NCBI GenBank assembly: GCA_045660065.1
Contig: JAZRDC010000026.1
Location: 5,823 to 69,822, forward strand
Length of the DNA: 64,000 nt
Source: Clostridia bacterium
GTDB taxonomy: Bacteria > Bacillota > Clostridia > RGIG6154
Direction of reading: 5' to 3'
Shown: positions 17,330 to 27,214 of the stretch, in pieces
Numbering within the stretch: the first letter of the stretch is position 1
How the letters are laid out: each line of letters opens with the position of its first letter
Notes under the pieces: model-generated
Database searches by the model: none
The model's input: only the letters and a program-made list of their open reading frames with translations
Told to the model about the DNA's origin: nothing
Made by a program: the position numbers and the translations under genes

Positions 17330-17803
17330 TTGAAAAGAATTGTTGTTTTTTCAGACACACACAGAGATATAGATAATTGTATCCGTGTTCTTGACAATCT
17401 TATTGGCGTTGATATGGTTATACATTTGGGCGACCATACATTTGATGCAGAAAACATCAGTTATCTGTATCCTGACATTGAGTTTGTTAAAGTCCGCGGG
17501 AACAACGATTTTGATTTTTCTGTACCCTGTGAAACAGTTGTTGAATGCGAGGAAATCAAGATTTTTTGTTGCCACGGGCATATGTATAAACAAGATACTT
17601 TATTCAAATTGGCAGAAGATGAGGGTTGCTCTGTTGTATTGTGCGGTCATACTCACATCAGTAAAATTGTAAAAGAAAACAATATTACACTTATGAACCC
17701 GGGAAGTATTTCAAGGCCAAGAGATTCACATTGTTCCTATGGGATTATAGAGATAGAAAATAATAAATTCGGATTAGATGTTATAAAAGGAGTAAAGTTA
17801 TGA
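17330..17803 (+). CDS. YfcE/MJ0936-family metallophosphoesterase (phosphodiesterase)
   Basis: MKRIVVFSDTH…GDHTF…RGNND…GHTH are the canonical calcineurin-like metal-binding motifs. The start is TTG. Confidence 0.8.
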   Translation: MKRIVVFSDTHRDIDNCIRVLDNLIGVDMVIHLGDHTFDAENISYLYPDIEFVKVRGNNDFDFSVPCETVVECEEIKIFCCHGHMYKQDTLFKLAEDEGCSVVLCGHTHISKIVKENNITLMNPGSISRPRDSHCSYGIIEIENNKFGLDVIKGVKL

Positions 17804-18123
17804 ATTGTCCATTTTGCGGAAAAGAAATTAATGAAAATGAAACCTATTGCAAATCTTGCGGTAATCCGCTTACTGCAAAAGCGCGTGCGTTTTCAACATT
17901 GCCACAGACTAAAAAAACAAGAATGCTTAAAGTAAGCGACTATTTACTTATGTTTTTATTATCAATTATTTTACCTGTAAACTACATTATGTGGTTTATC
18001 TGGTTGTTTAACCCAAAAACAAATGTAAATAAAAAGAACTACGCAGCAGCAGCGTTAATTTTTAACACTTGCCTTGTAGTTCTTATAGCAGCAGGTTATG
18101 CAATAAACAAATTTTTAATTTAA
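17800..18123 (+). CDS. Zinc-ribbon domain membrane protein
   Basis: The N-terminal CPFCGKEINENETYCKSCGN is a CxxC…CxxC zinc ribbon, followed by two TM helices. It overlaps the phosphoesterase stop by 4 nt (ATGA), suggesting translational coupling. Confidence 0.5.
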   Translation: MNCPFCGKEINENETYCKSCGNPLTAKARAFSTLPQTKKTRMLKVSDYLLMFLLSIILPVNYIMWFIWLFNPKTNVNKKNYAAAALIFNTCLVVLIAAGYAINKFLI

Positions 18124-19538
18124 AATCTGAAATCTCTCATACCGCTTTCTATGTCAGAAATGTTGCTCTTTGCAATGTTTCTGACTTTTTCATTTGGTAC
18201 ATTTTCAAGTTCTTTTTCAATAAGTTTATTTCCGATTTCTTTAGTTTTTTCAGAAGCGTAATCTTCAACAAATTCTTTTAAAGTTATAAGTGCGTTCGGA
18301 TGACAGCAATTCTGGATTTGCCCTGTTTTGCAAAGTTGCATAAATCTATCTCCTGTTCTTCCTTCTCTGTAACAGGCTGTGCAAAAACTCGGAATGTATC
18401 CAAGTTCCATAAGCCATCTTACAACTTCATCCAATGTGCGTTTATCGCTTACATCAAACTGTTCTGAACCGTCTTCTTCAGGCTCGTCTTCTGAGTATCC
18501 GCCAACACTTGTTCTTGATGCTCCACTTATCTGCGATACCCCAAGTGGCAGAACCTTTTCTCTGCACTCTTTGCTTTCTCTTGTTGAAATAATCATACCT
18601 GTATATGGAACTGCAATTCTGATGCAGGCAACGATTTTTGCAAAAATCTCATCATCAATACCATTATCAAAAACACTTGGGTCAATATCACTTGCGCGTT
18701 TAATTCTTGGAACACTGATTGTATGTGGGCCAACACCGTGCACCGCTTCTAAGTGTTCTGCGTGCATCAAAAGTCCCGCAAATTCATACTTATACATTTC
18801 AAGACCAAACAAAACCCCAAGGCCTACATCATCAATTCCGCCTTTCATTGCTCTGTCCATCGCCTCTGTATGGTAAGCGTAGTTGTGTTTTGGACCTGTT
18901 GGATGTAATTTTTCATAACTTTCTTTATGATATGTTTCCTGGAACAAAATGTATGTTCCAATTTCTGCCTCTTTTAATTTTCTGTAATTTTCAACAGTAG
19001 TGGCCGCAATATTTACATTTACGCGTCTGATTGCACCATTTTTATGCTTAACGCTGTAAATTGTTTTAATGCAGTCTAAAATATACTCAATCGGGTTATT
19101 AACAGGATCTTCCCCTGCTTCAATAGCAAGGCGCTTATGTCCCATATCCTGAAGTGCAATAACTTCTTTTTCCACTTCTTCCTGTGTAAGTTTTTTTCTT
19201 GGAATTTCTTTATTTTTTGCGTGATATGGGCAATATACGCAACCGTTTACGCAGTAGTTTGAAAGATAAAGAGGTGCAAACATTACAATTCTGTTTCCAT
19301 ACAACTCTTTTTTAATTTTGTTTGCAAGAGCATACATTTCTTTAATTATTTCTTCATCTTCACAAGCAAGTAGAACAGATGCTTCTCTGTGAGAAAGGCC
19401 TTTGCAGTCTTCTGCTTTTTTTAAGATTTCTTTTACTAAACTAATATTATTTTTATTGGCCTCTGCATAGTTTAAGGTTTCGATAATTTCATCATGTGAA
19501 ATAAACTCTTCAGCCTTCATTGAATTTTTATTATACAT
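18120..19538 (-). CDS. hydG: [FeFe]-hydrogenase maturase HydG (radical SAM tyrosine lyase)
   Basis: The 472-aa ORF has the radical-SAM CX3CX2C motif (CVNGCVYC) and a C-terminal auxiliary-cluster CxxC…C motif (CTACYREG…NCC). Its length distinguishes HydG from ThiH. Confidence 0.7.
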   Translation of the reverse strand: MYNKNSMKAEEFISHDEIIETLNYAEANKNNISLVKEILKKAEDCKGLSHREASVLLACEDEEIIKEMYALANKIKKELYGNRIVMFAPLYLSNYCVNGCVYCPYHAKNKEIPRKKLTQEEVEKEVIALQDMGHKRLAIEAGEDPVNNPIEYILDCIKTIYSVKHKNGAIRRVNVNIAATTVENYRKLKEAEIGTYILFQETYHKESYEKLHPTGPKHNYAYHTEAMDRAMKGGIDDVGLGVLFGLEMYKYEFAGLLMHAEHLEAVHGVGPHTISVPRIKRASDIDPSVFDNGIDDEIFAKIVACIRIAVPYTGMIISTRESKECREKVLPLGVSQISGASRTSVGGYSEDEPEEDGSEQFDVSDKRTLDEVVRWLMELGYIPSFCTACYREGRTGDRFMQLCKTGQIQNCCHPNALITLKEFVEDYASEKTKEIGNKLIEKELENVPNEKVRNIAKSNISDIESGMRDFRF

Positions 19539-19550
19539 AGCATTTCCTCC

Positions 19551-21014
19551 TTAATCAACAAGCCATTCTTTAATTAACGCTGCAGCAACCGGCGCTCCGT
19601 CTGAACCACCTGTGTTCCCGCTGTATTCACAAACAACCGCCACGGCAATTGTTGGGTTATCTTTAGGTGCAAACCCAACAAACCATGTGTGTTCCTTATT
19701 CTCAATTTCATTTTCAGCAGTACCCGTTTTCCCCGCTACTTCTATACCGTTTACTCTGGCATTATAACCTGTACCTGTTTCTACAACATTTAACATATAG
19801 TCTGCAACTTTATTTGCAGTTGAAGACATAAGTGCTCTTTCCATAATCTGAGGCTTGGTACTTTCTACAGTAATTCCAAGACTGTTTGTAACTTTACTTA
19901 CCAAATATGGCTTTTGAATAATACCATCATTTGCAACCGCACTTGTCATCAATGCCATTTGCATCGGGGTAACCAATAATCTTCCTTGTCCTATACACAG
20001 TTGCGCAAAATCACCTTTACTAAGTTTTTCATTATAATCAAAGCGACTGTTTGCAACAGAAATATTAAATGGAATTTTATCGCCAATTCCGAATTTTTTC
20101 ATATATTCCTTTACAGTTTGTTCTCCAAGTTGTTCGCCCAGTTGCATAAATGCCACATTACTTGAAACTGCATATGCTTTTTTTAAATCTATATTACCAT
20201 ATGCCTTGTTTCCGCTGTTTTTAAATTTTTTATTTCCTGCAAAGTATTCACCGTTATCTTCAAAAGTAATATCTTCTAAACCATTTTCTATTGCAGCGCT
20301 TAAAAGTATAGTTTTGAAAATTGACCCCGGTGCGTAGAGTCCACTTGTTGCTCTTGCAACAAATGGTGAATTTTCATCATCTGTAAGGGTTGACCACTTT
20401 TCCTGAAGAGAACTGCTGTCTGGTGAAAATGATGGATTACTGAGCATACAAAGTATTTCCCCCGTCTGCGGTTGTATTGCAACTACTGCTCCGTTTCTGC
20501 CACACATCGCATTTGATGCTACTCGTTGAAGACGATTTGAAATTGTAAGTGTTACAGTATCGCCTGTTTTTGTTCCTGATATCTGTTCTGTAATACCAGA
20601 CAAAGCACCACCATCAGTAAGCCCTGCCAATTGTTTGTTATAACTGAGTTCTATCTGAGATTTTCCGTAAATTTTAGAAGTATAACCAATAACATGAGTA
20701 TATAAATCTTTATAGGGATACTCTCTTATCTGACTCTTTCCGTCTTCGTTCATTACACTTTTTGCAAGAACTACACCTTCACGGTCCACAATTTCACCAC
20801 GCAAAGTATCTTGCTCCAATTTCCACTGACGCTGATTAAAAGAATTATTAATAAACTTGTCCTTTGAAAAAATTTCAATATATGTCAAATACCCCACAAG
20901 GCACAAAAAAAGCAAACCTACTGCACACAAAAGAACAATAAGTCTTGTTTCTTCTTTGTATAAACTGTCGTTTTTGTTAAGTTCGCTTTTTTTCACTTTT
21001 TCACTTCCAATCAC
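19551..21014 (-). CDS. Class B penicillin-binding protein (peptidoglycan D,D-transpeptidase, FtsI/SpoVD-like), short form
   Basis: It has an N-terminal TM helix, a dimerisation domain and a transpeptidase domain with SxxK (SIFK), SxN-like (SSN) and KTGT (KTGTA) motifs. It is 487 aa and has no PASTA domains. Confidence 0.75.
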   Translation of the reverse strand: MIGSEKVKKSELNKNDSLYKEETRLIVLLCAVGLLFLCLVGYLTYIEIFSKDKFINNSFNQRQWKLEQDTLRGEIVDREGVVLAKSVMNEDGKSQIREYPYKDLYTHVIGYTSKIYGKSQIELSYNKQLAGLTDGGALSGITEQISGTKTGDTVTLTISNRLQRVASNAMCGRNGAVVAIQPQTGEILCMLSNPSFSPDSSSLQEKWSTLTDDENSPFVARATSGLYAPGSIFKTILLSAAIENGLEDITFEDNGEYFAGNKKFKNSGNKAYGNIDLKKAYAVSSNVAFMQLGEQLGEQTVKEYMKKFGIGDKIPFNISVANSRFDYNEKLSKGDFAQLCIGQGRLLVTPMQMALMTSAVANDGIIQKPYLVSKVTNSLGITVESTKPQIMERALMSSTANKVADYMLNVVETGTGYNARVNGIEVAGKTGTAENEIENKEHTWFVGFAPKDNPTIAVAVVCEYSGNTGGSDGAPVAAALIKEWLVD

Positions 21015-21023
21015 GAAAAAACT

Positions 21024-22241
21024 TTATGCCGCTCCTCGCCTGTTTGCAATGGCTTCCAAAAATGCAACGGCTGAAAAACTGATAAGAAGTGAACTTCCGC
21101 CGTAACTTACAAATGGTAATGTAATTCCAGTAAGCGGAATAAGTTTTATAACTCCGCCAAGAATTACAAATGTCTGAAAACCGAACAAAGCACTTATCCC
21201 CGCCGCAACGCATCTGTAAAACACATTGTTTGTTTTCATAGCAATTCGTATACCACGGTATACAAGTATGAAATAGAGCATTATTACCGCTACACCGCCA
21301 AGAATTCCAAATTCTTCGCAAATTGCAGAAAATATAAAATCAGAATGAACTTCAGGGATATATTCAGGACTTCCAAGCCCAATACCACTGCCAAAAAATC
21401 CGCCTGAACCAATTGCAAACAATGACTGGGTTATCTGATAACCCCTGCCTGTAATATCAGCCCAGGGGTCAAGCCACACGTCGATACGCACTTTAATATG
21501 CGAAACCAGCAAAGCACCGAGGAGTGCACCAACAGAACCAATGAGAATATTACAAAGCAATATTCGTTTCTTTTCGCCGAAAACATACATCAGGGATATG
21601 TAAATCAAAAATATAAGCACCGATGTTCCCCACTCGCGTTGCAGAACCATAAGCCCTAATTCAAAATATACAAGCACCGATGTTACAATGCCCGGCCCCC
21701 ATCTTTTAAATTGGTATCTTTCAGGTTTTGCAAATCTGTCTGCTATAAAAAATACGGTAAGCAATTTTGCAACCTCTGATGGCTGAAACCCGAAATCACC
21801 GAACATTATCCAGTTTTTTGCGCCGCCCGCAGTTGTTCCTATCAACAACGTGAGAATTAAAAGGAAAACTGCCAAGCCATAGTAAAAATATCCCAGTTTC
21901 GTCCAGATGTTTAATTTCATAAACAGAAGATAAACAACAAAAAAGCACAAAAGGCTGACCGCCAGCCACATAAGTTGTCTGTGTCCATAAAATTCATCTA
22001 TTCTGTAAAGCATAATTTCACCGATAGAAAAAAGCATTGATACTATCAGAAAAATATACCCGTCCTGAACTCCAAAGGCAGATGTTAAAAAATACGAAAA
22101 ACAGAGCATGCCGATAACGGCAAGCCCTACATAGAGCATATCCACATCAAAATTTTGTTCAAAAAGAGAAAGTAACCCATATCCTGCAATATTAATCAGT
22201 ATAATCATTATTATGGGTTTTCTTATGTTAAACAACCCCAT
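21024..22241 (-). CDS. SEDS family glycosyltransferase (FtsW/RodA/SpoVE)
   Basis: The 405-aa, 10-TM ORF has the SEDS blocks FQPSEVAKL and PLTGITLPFVSYGGSSLL. It sits immediately upstream of the class B PBP, forming a SEDS-bPBP pair. Confidence 0.8.
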   Translation of the reverse strand: MGLFNIRKPIIMIILINIAGYGLLSLFEQNFDVDMLYVGLAVIGMLCFSYFLTSAFGVQDGYIFLIVSMLFSIGEIMLYRIDEFYGHRQLMWLAVSLLCFFVVYLLFMKLNIWTKLGYFYYGLAVFLLILTLLIGTTAGGAKNWIMFGDFGFQPSEVAKLLTVFFIADRFAKPERYQFKRWGPGIVTSVLVYFELGLMVLQREWGTSVLIFLIYISLMYVFGEKKRILLCNILIGSVGALLGALLVSHIKVRIDVWLDPWADITGRGYQITQSLFAIGSGGFFGSGIGLGSPEYIPEVHSDFIFSAICEEFGILGGVAVIMLYFILVYRGIRIAMKTNNVFYRCVAAGISALFGFQTFVILGGVIKLIPLTGITLPFVSYGGSSLLISFSAVAFLEAIANRRGAA

Positions 22242-22600
22242 TATTCACTAGCTTCCGGCAACTTAATTCCTTTAACATTAACATTAATTTTCTGAACAAT
22301 AAGACCTGTCATAGTTTCAACGGCATTTTTAACTTTGCTTTGGATTTCCCAAGATACATCCTGCATTTTCACGCCATATTCTACCACGATATCTATATCT
22401 ACTGAAAGAACATTATCTTTCATTTCAGCAGAAACACCTTTAGAAGATGATTTCATACCGAAAATGCCAGTTTTGCCTGAATCATAAATTCCTACAACAC
22501 CTTCAATATCGCTTACTGCTATTGAAGAAACCACAGAAATAACTTCATCAGAAATTTTAACTTCACCAAAATCATTCTTTTTTTCAATCATTTTAAGCAC
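22241..22600 (-). CDS. Asp23/Gls24 family envelope stress protein (YqhY-like)
   Basis: The 119-aa ORF has the Asp23 core (SDEVISVVSSIAVSDIEGVVG). It sits downstream of spoIIIAH, as yqhY does in Bacillus. Confidence 0.75.
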   Translation of the reverse strand: MLKMIEKKNDFGEVKISDEVISVVSSIAVSDIEGVVGIYDSGKTGIFGMKSSSKGVSAEMKDNVLSVDIDIVVEYGVKMQDVSWEIQSKVKNAVETMTGLIVQKINVNVKGIKLPEASE

Positions 22601-22656
22601 CTCCGCTTATTTTTTATAATTGTATATTTTTATTATAGCACAAAATTCTTTGAATA

Positions 22657-23166
22657 TCAATCACCCGATAAAATTTTTATTTTATCAACATCAATTCCTG
22701 TAACTGAGGAAACTGTTTCAGTTATCTGTGCAATTTCCGTGCTCATAATATTTTTAACATCAACACTTACCGACGCACTGTTATCAGTTATTGTAACAAC
22801 AGGGTTTTCAAATCCTTTTTCTTTTAACTGCACTTCGCAATCCGCCTCATTTTTTATTGCTTTTGCAATGTTAATCATTTCCTGCTCGGCATTTTTCCGT
22901 CCTTCTTCTGTTGTTGCAGGATTTTTGATGATATCTTCAAGCATTTCTTTTGCTTCATCTCTTGCCTTTTCTCTTTTTAGGATTTCACTTTCAAGGACTA
23001 TTTTATCTTCAACTTTAACATTATTATTTACATATGCCGCTTCACCAAGAATTTTGGCGGTCTGATCGCTTTGCTGTTGTTTGTAGTTACGGTTTACAAA
23101 TCCCGCTATAATTAAAACTGTCGCTAAAACCAAAGTTATGTACTTTCTGTTTAACACATATTTCAA
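22657..23166 (-). CDS. spoIIIAH: Stage III sporulation protein AH
   Basis: Last gene of the spoIIIA array: an N-terminal TM anchor, a charged linker and a C-terminal YscJ/FliF-like domain. Position and size (169 aa) fit. Confidence 0.7.
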   Translation of the reverse strand: MKYVLNRKYITLVLATVLIIAGFVNRNYKQQQSDQTAKILGEAAYVNNNVKVEDKIVLESEILKREKARDEAKEMLEDIIKNPATTEEGRKNAEQEMINIAKAIKNEADCEVQLKEKGFENPVVTITDNSASVSVDVKNIMSTEIAQITETVSSVTGIDVDKIKILSGD

Positions 23167-23168
23167 AA

Positions 23169-23627
23169 TTATTCCCCCTCGGATATTTTAACATAAATTC
23201 TGTGCATTGGTGCACCTGTTGCCGCTTTAATTATTTTTACAATTTCACTTTCATTTGCTCTACCTTCTACAGATACAAATATTCCGCGTATTTTCGGATT
23301 GCTTACGCTTTTAATCAACGGTTCGTCATCACTTAATTTAATTTCCAGTTGTCTGTTACTCCCTGAACTAATATCATATGCAAAGTTGCTTTCTCCCTGA
23401 TTGTCATAAGTAATAAACACTTCGCAGGATCTTACTCCTTGGATTTTCTTTAGAATTTTTTCCAGTTTTTCTGTTTCAATTCTATTCACACGCTCTTCAT
23501 ATATTCTGCTCTCCTTATTATTTTTCTCTGAATTACCGGGAATAAGCATAATTACTATACCAACAACCAACAAAATTAATAAAAATTTCTTTTCTTTTAC
23601 TCTGCTTACAATTTCATTAAAATTCAT
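23169..23627 (-). CDS. spoIIIAG: Stage III sporulation protein AG
   Basis: The 152-aa ORF has an N-terminal TM and the conserved C-terminal block RGIFVSVEGRANESEIVKIIKAATG. It sits between AF and AH. Confidence 0.8.
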   Translation of the reverse strand: MNFNEIVSRVKEKKFLLILLVVGIVIMLIPGNSEKNNKESRIYEERVNRIETEKLEKILKKIQGVRSCEVFITYDNQGESNFAYDISSGSNRQLEIKLSDDEPLIKSVSNPKIRGIFVSVEGRANESEIVKIIKAATGAPMHRIYVKISEGE

Positions 23628-23636
23628 TTGTTCACC

Positions 23637-24077
23637 TTATTCTAACACAACAGTTTCTTTATTTATGTCGCAATATGAAGAAATTAATGAAATAATTTCT
23701 TCTCTATTATCTTCGTTTGCAAGTTTTACTTTCACTTCTGTAACTTCGTTATTTTCCAAAGTAACTTCCACATTTTTTACAGATTTTCTGTTTGATTTTA
23801 ACATATTAATAATGTTTTGCCTTACAATTTCATTAGTTTGTTTTTGCACAGTTTCAGTTATTTTTGAATTTTCAAAAACAGGAACATTGTTATTAAAATC
23901 AAGCACACCGCTTGAAATATCAAACTCTCTCACCGAGCCTGCAAAAACAAGTACCAAAACAAGTCCGAATATATATTTACAATATTTTTCATACCCGCCG
24001 CCCGGTAACATTGTATATATAAGATTTACGGCTATCACTGTTGTTGCAATCAATATGATTATTTTGCTCATATTCAC
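23637..24077 (-). CDS. spoIIIAF: Stage III sporulation protein AF
   Basis: The 146-aa ORF has two N-terminal TM helices and a soluble C-terminal domain. Position in the operon fits. Confidence 0.7.
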   Translation of the reverse strand: MNMSKIIILIATTVIAVNLIYTMLPGGGYEKYCKYIFGLVLVLVFAGSVREFDISSGVLDFNNNVPVFENSKITETVQKQTNEIVRQNIINMLKSNRKSVKNVEVTLENNEVTEVKVKLANEDNREEIISLISSYCDINKETVVLE

Positions 24078-24078
24078 C

Positions 24079-25197
24079 TCACGAAATAAAATTACCGCTT
24101 ATCAGAATAATACCGATGCATCCTATAAACAACAAACTTACTGCTGTTAAAATCGCAAATATCATAGACACTGAGTCGGCAACATCTGTTGTAAGTTTCA
24201 CAATTTTTGTGTCTGAAACCGGTTCTAATATAACAGCGCTTAATTTAAACATCCACATAACCATTGCGATTTTTATAAGCGGCAATATTGCCACAGCACA
24301 TATTGCAATAATACCAACAACACCTGTAATGCTTCTTAGGGCTGCAATAGTGCCGATTATAGTTTCTATTGAATCAGACACAACTCCACCAACAACTGGT
24401 ACACTGCTGCCAACTGCAAATCTTGTTGCTTTGCCAAATCTACTGTCAAGTGCACTTCCCGCTAAGCCATACACCCCGTAAATACCGCTGTAAACTGCCA
24501 TACAGAACAACAATATCCATTTTACAAATTGTTTTAATGATTTAACTGCCGATGAAATGTTTATCCTGTCAGACATTCTGTCTGCTACCGACAACGAAAC
24601 TGTAGCAATTGATACCGATATCAAAAATTCTCCCAGAATTGAAGCAACAACATTTATCAATGAAACTAAAATCGGTGACATAAACCCTGATGTTGTAATC
24701 CCACCGCTTAAAGTGAGCAGAGTGAGCAATATCGGAATGGTTGATTTTATCATTGTTACAAGACTTTCTATTGTTTCCCTTGCCGGATTAATTAGTTCTG
24801 CAAAAACTGATATAATTATCCCGGCAAAAACACAATAACCAACTATAAACGCCGTCTTTGAAGCCCCGCCTCCAAGAGTAAGCCCCACGGTGTTTGTAAC
24901 ACTTATAATATATCCGGTTACAACAAGCATTGTAAATATTTTTATCAGATCATAAAAAGATTTAAAAATATATTCTTTGATTGCCTGAAATATACCTGTG
25001 CCATCAATGCCTTTGCCTTGTGCCAGATTATTTACAATGCTCTCCCCATCAAATTCAGGAAAGGTTTTTTCTGCAATTTCAAAGGCATTATTAATTTCCA
25101 TTTCGGTATAATTATCTGAAATTGTGTTTTCTTGTGCATTACAAACATACGGATTAAGTGCGCACATTAACATAATCATAAGTATAATTTTTTTCAT
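24079..25197 (-). CDS. spoIIIAE: Stage III sporulation protein AE
   Basis: The 372-aa ORF has a signal peptide and a polytopic membrane domain. Its size and position are diagnostic within the spoIIIA operon. Confidence 0.8.
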   Translation of the reverse strand: MKKIILMIMLMCALNPYVCNAQENTISDNYTEMEINNAFEIAEKTFPEFDGESIVNNLAQGKGIDGTGIFQAIKEYIFKSFYDLIKIFTMLVVTGYIISVTNTVGLTLGGGASKTAFIVGYCVFAGIIISVFAELINPARETIESLVTMIKSTIPILLTLLTLSGGITTSGFMSPILVSLINVVASILGEFLISVSIATVSLSVADRMSDRINISSAVKSLKQFVKWILLFCMAVYSGIYGVYGLAGSALDSRFGKATRFAVGSSVPVVGGVVSDSIETIIGTIAALRSITGVVGIIAICAVAILPLIKIAMVMWMFKLSAVILEPVSDTKIVKLTTDVADSVSMIFAILTAVSLLFIGCIGIILISGNFIS

Positions 25198-25580
25198 AGG
25201 GGTACCTTTGTAATCAGATTTATAAGTTCTTTAAAAATTGGTACTGAGGCTGAAAGTATTATGAGTTTACCTGCGATATCAATTTTTAGCGCAACAGAAC
25301 TTTCTCCTGCATCTTTGCACACCGACGAGATAAACTCACACATATAAGACACACCGATTACCTTGAACATAATTTCAAGATAGATTGTTTTAATACCTGC
25401 ATCATTGCATATCCTGCGTATACCCTCAAAGACAGTTTCAACATTTTTGCATATGTAAAGCATAAAAATTCCGCCAAAAATCACTGCTACGCACACTGAA
25501 AATTCAGGGCGGTAATTTTTAAGTATTACAGAAAGTAATGTTGCAACAAGTGCAATCCCAAGAATTTGTACTATATCCAT
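25194..25580 (-). CDS. spoIIIAD: Stage III sporulation protein AD
   Basis: The 128-aa ORF has four TM segments and overlaps spoIIIAE by 4 nt. Confidence 0.75.
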   Translation of the reverse strand: MDIVQILGIALVATLLSVILKNYRPEFSVCVAVIFGGIFMLYICKNVETVFEGIRRICNDAGIKTIYLEIMFKVIGVSYMCEFISSVCKDAGESSVALKIDIAGKLIILSASVPIFKELINLITKVPL

Positions 25581-25582
25581 AT

Positions 25583-25777
25583 TTAAAATCCAAAAGTATT
25601 TTTAACCACATCAAAAAGATTTTTTATTTCGCTGACCATTGTAAGCAATGCCACTATCAATCCTGCCAGAGTTACAAGCATCGCTTGTTCGTCTCTTCCT
25701 GATTTTGACAGCAGTTGATTGAGCACAGCAACCAATATCCCCACCGCCGCTATTTTAAATATCAAATCAACATCCAT
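25583..25777 (-). CDS. spoIIIAC: Stage III sporulation protein AC
   Basis: The 64-aa two-TM protein MDVDLIFKIAAVGILVAVLNQLL… is typical of SpoIIIAC. Confidence 0.75.
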   Translation of the reverse strand: MDVDLIFKIAAVGILVAVLNQLLSKSGRDEQAMLVTLAGLIVALLTMVSEIKNLFDVVKNTFGF

Positions 25778-25793
25778 AAATTTCTCCTTTAGT

Positions 25794-26299
25794 TTAAATA
25801 AGTAAAACTGCTATGCCAACTCCTGCTACAATTCCTGTTTTCTTCAACATTACGCATTCTTTATTACAAAAATCATTTTGTTTATTTATAATAGCCGAAA
25901 GTTTATCAAGATAACCATTTAACATTTTTTCCTGGTTTTCACAATCTTTTTCTCCAAGTTGCAAAAACAAATCTCTTGTTATGTAATATGTTTCGGTATT
26001 TGTGTTTTTTAAAAGCATTGGTGTAAGTTTTTCTATTGCGTTTTTGGCGCTTACACCCTTTTTAGCCAGTTCTTCCCCCACCGCTTTCATAAATTCAGAC
26101 GCAATGCCTGAAAATGAGGCTGATTTTAGAATACATTCATCTAAAAATCCACAGGAATATACAATTTCACTTTTAAGATATTCTATTCCATTTAAAAGAC
26201 CTTTTGCGAACTCAAGTTTTTTAATGTTGGATTTATAAAAATCAATTCCAAGTACCCAGCAAGTGAAGATAATTATAAGTGCTCCTAAAATTTTCATAT
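25794..26299 (-). CDS. spoIIIAB: Stage III sporulation protein AB
   Basis: I chose the internal start MKILGALIIIF (~26299). The longer ORF-track start at 26363 runs into spoIIIAA. About 168 aa. Confidence 0.7.
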
Positions 26300-27187
26300 T
26301 TCCTCCAGTAGCCGATAATTGATTGTGCGCCCTGAATGATTTTTTGATATTATCAGAAAACAATCAAAAGGAGTTTTTGTTATACCGAAAATTCTCGCTT
26401 TATCAAAATAATCTTTTTCGGTTATACCATGAAATGTTGCAAAAATCTTAACACCCGAAACTGAAATATTATTTATAATTTCAAAATCTTCTTTTGACAA
26501 TATTTCATCTGTTGCTATAATTTCGGGATTCATTGTCTTTAGCATAATATTTATTCCTTCTTTTTTGTAAATATCACTTAATACATCAGTATTTAAACCT
26601 AAATCATATATTCTTGCTCCTTCGGAAAACGGTGATATTTCACTTCTTTCATCAATAACAGACACATTTTTCCCCATATCTGACGCATATTTTATCATAT
26701 TTCTCAAAAGTGTGGTTTTGCCATAGCCGGGCGGTGCGATAATTAATACATTTCTTTCGGCCAAATCAAATTTATTGAAAATATTATTGCCCCAACCGTC
26801 TATTTGTCTTGACAATCTGATATTAAAACTTGAAATATCATTAATATTTTCAACAATTCCGCATTTGGTAATACATCTTCCGCAAATTCCTACTCTCGTG
26901 CCGTCCGGAAGGGTTATAAATCCACTTTTGATATCCTGCTGCATTGCATATACTGAATTTTGAGTAAAATATTTAAACATCTCTTTCAAATCCTCTTTGT
27001 GCAATCTTACGCCTTCATTTGTATTTTTAATTAAATTTCCATTTTTATCAAGAAAACATTTACTATTTAAACTGCAAAAAGTGATGTTTTGTCCGCACCT
27101 TACTCTTATTTCTTCGATATCTGTGTTATTTTTTAAACCTTGTTTTACAGCATCTCTCACCCTTAAGGGAAAATAATTGTAAAGCAT
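26294..27187 (-). CDS. spoIIIAA: Stage III sporulation protein AA (secretion-type ATPase)
   Basis: It has a Walker A motif (IIAPPGYGKTTLLRNMI). The start MLYNYFPLRV at 27187 is preceded by a GAGGAGG RBS, and the longer ORF-track start is unlikely. Confidence 0.85.
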   Translation of the reverse strand: MLYNYFPLRVRDAVKQGLKNNTDIEEIRVRCGQNITFCSLNSKCFLDKNGNLIKNTNEGVRLHKEDLKEMFKYFTQNSVYAMQQDIKSGFITLPDGTRVGICGRCITKCGIVENINDISSFNIRLSRQIDGWGNNIFNKFDLAERNVLIIAPPGYGKTTLLRNMIKYASDMGKNVSVIDERSEISPFSEGARIYDLGLNTDVLSDIYKKEGINIMLKTMNPEIIATDEILSKEDFEIINNISVSGVKIFATFHGITEKDYFDKARIFGITKTPFDCFLIISKNHSGRTINYRLLEEI

Positions 27188-27214
27188 TTCAAATTTCCTC
27201 CTCATGCACATTTA

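Noticed and set aside
22739-24150. Long plus-strand ORFs (108 and 161 aa) antisense to spoIIIAH/AF/AG
   Set aside because: They are low-complexity Ser/Thr/Phe-rich shadows of the AT-rich coding strand. They have no RBS and lie entirely inside well-supported genes.
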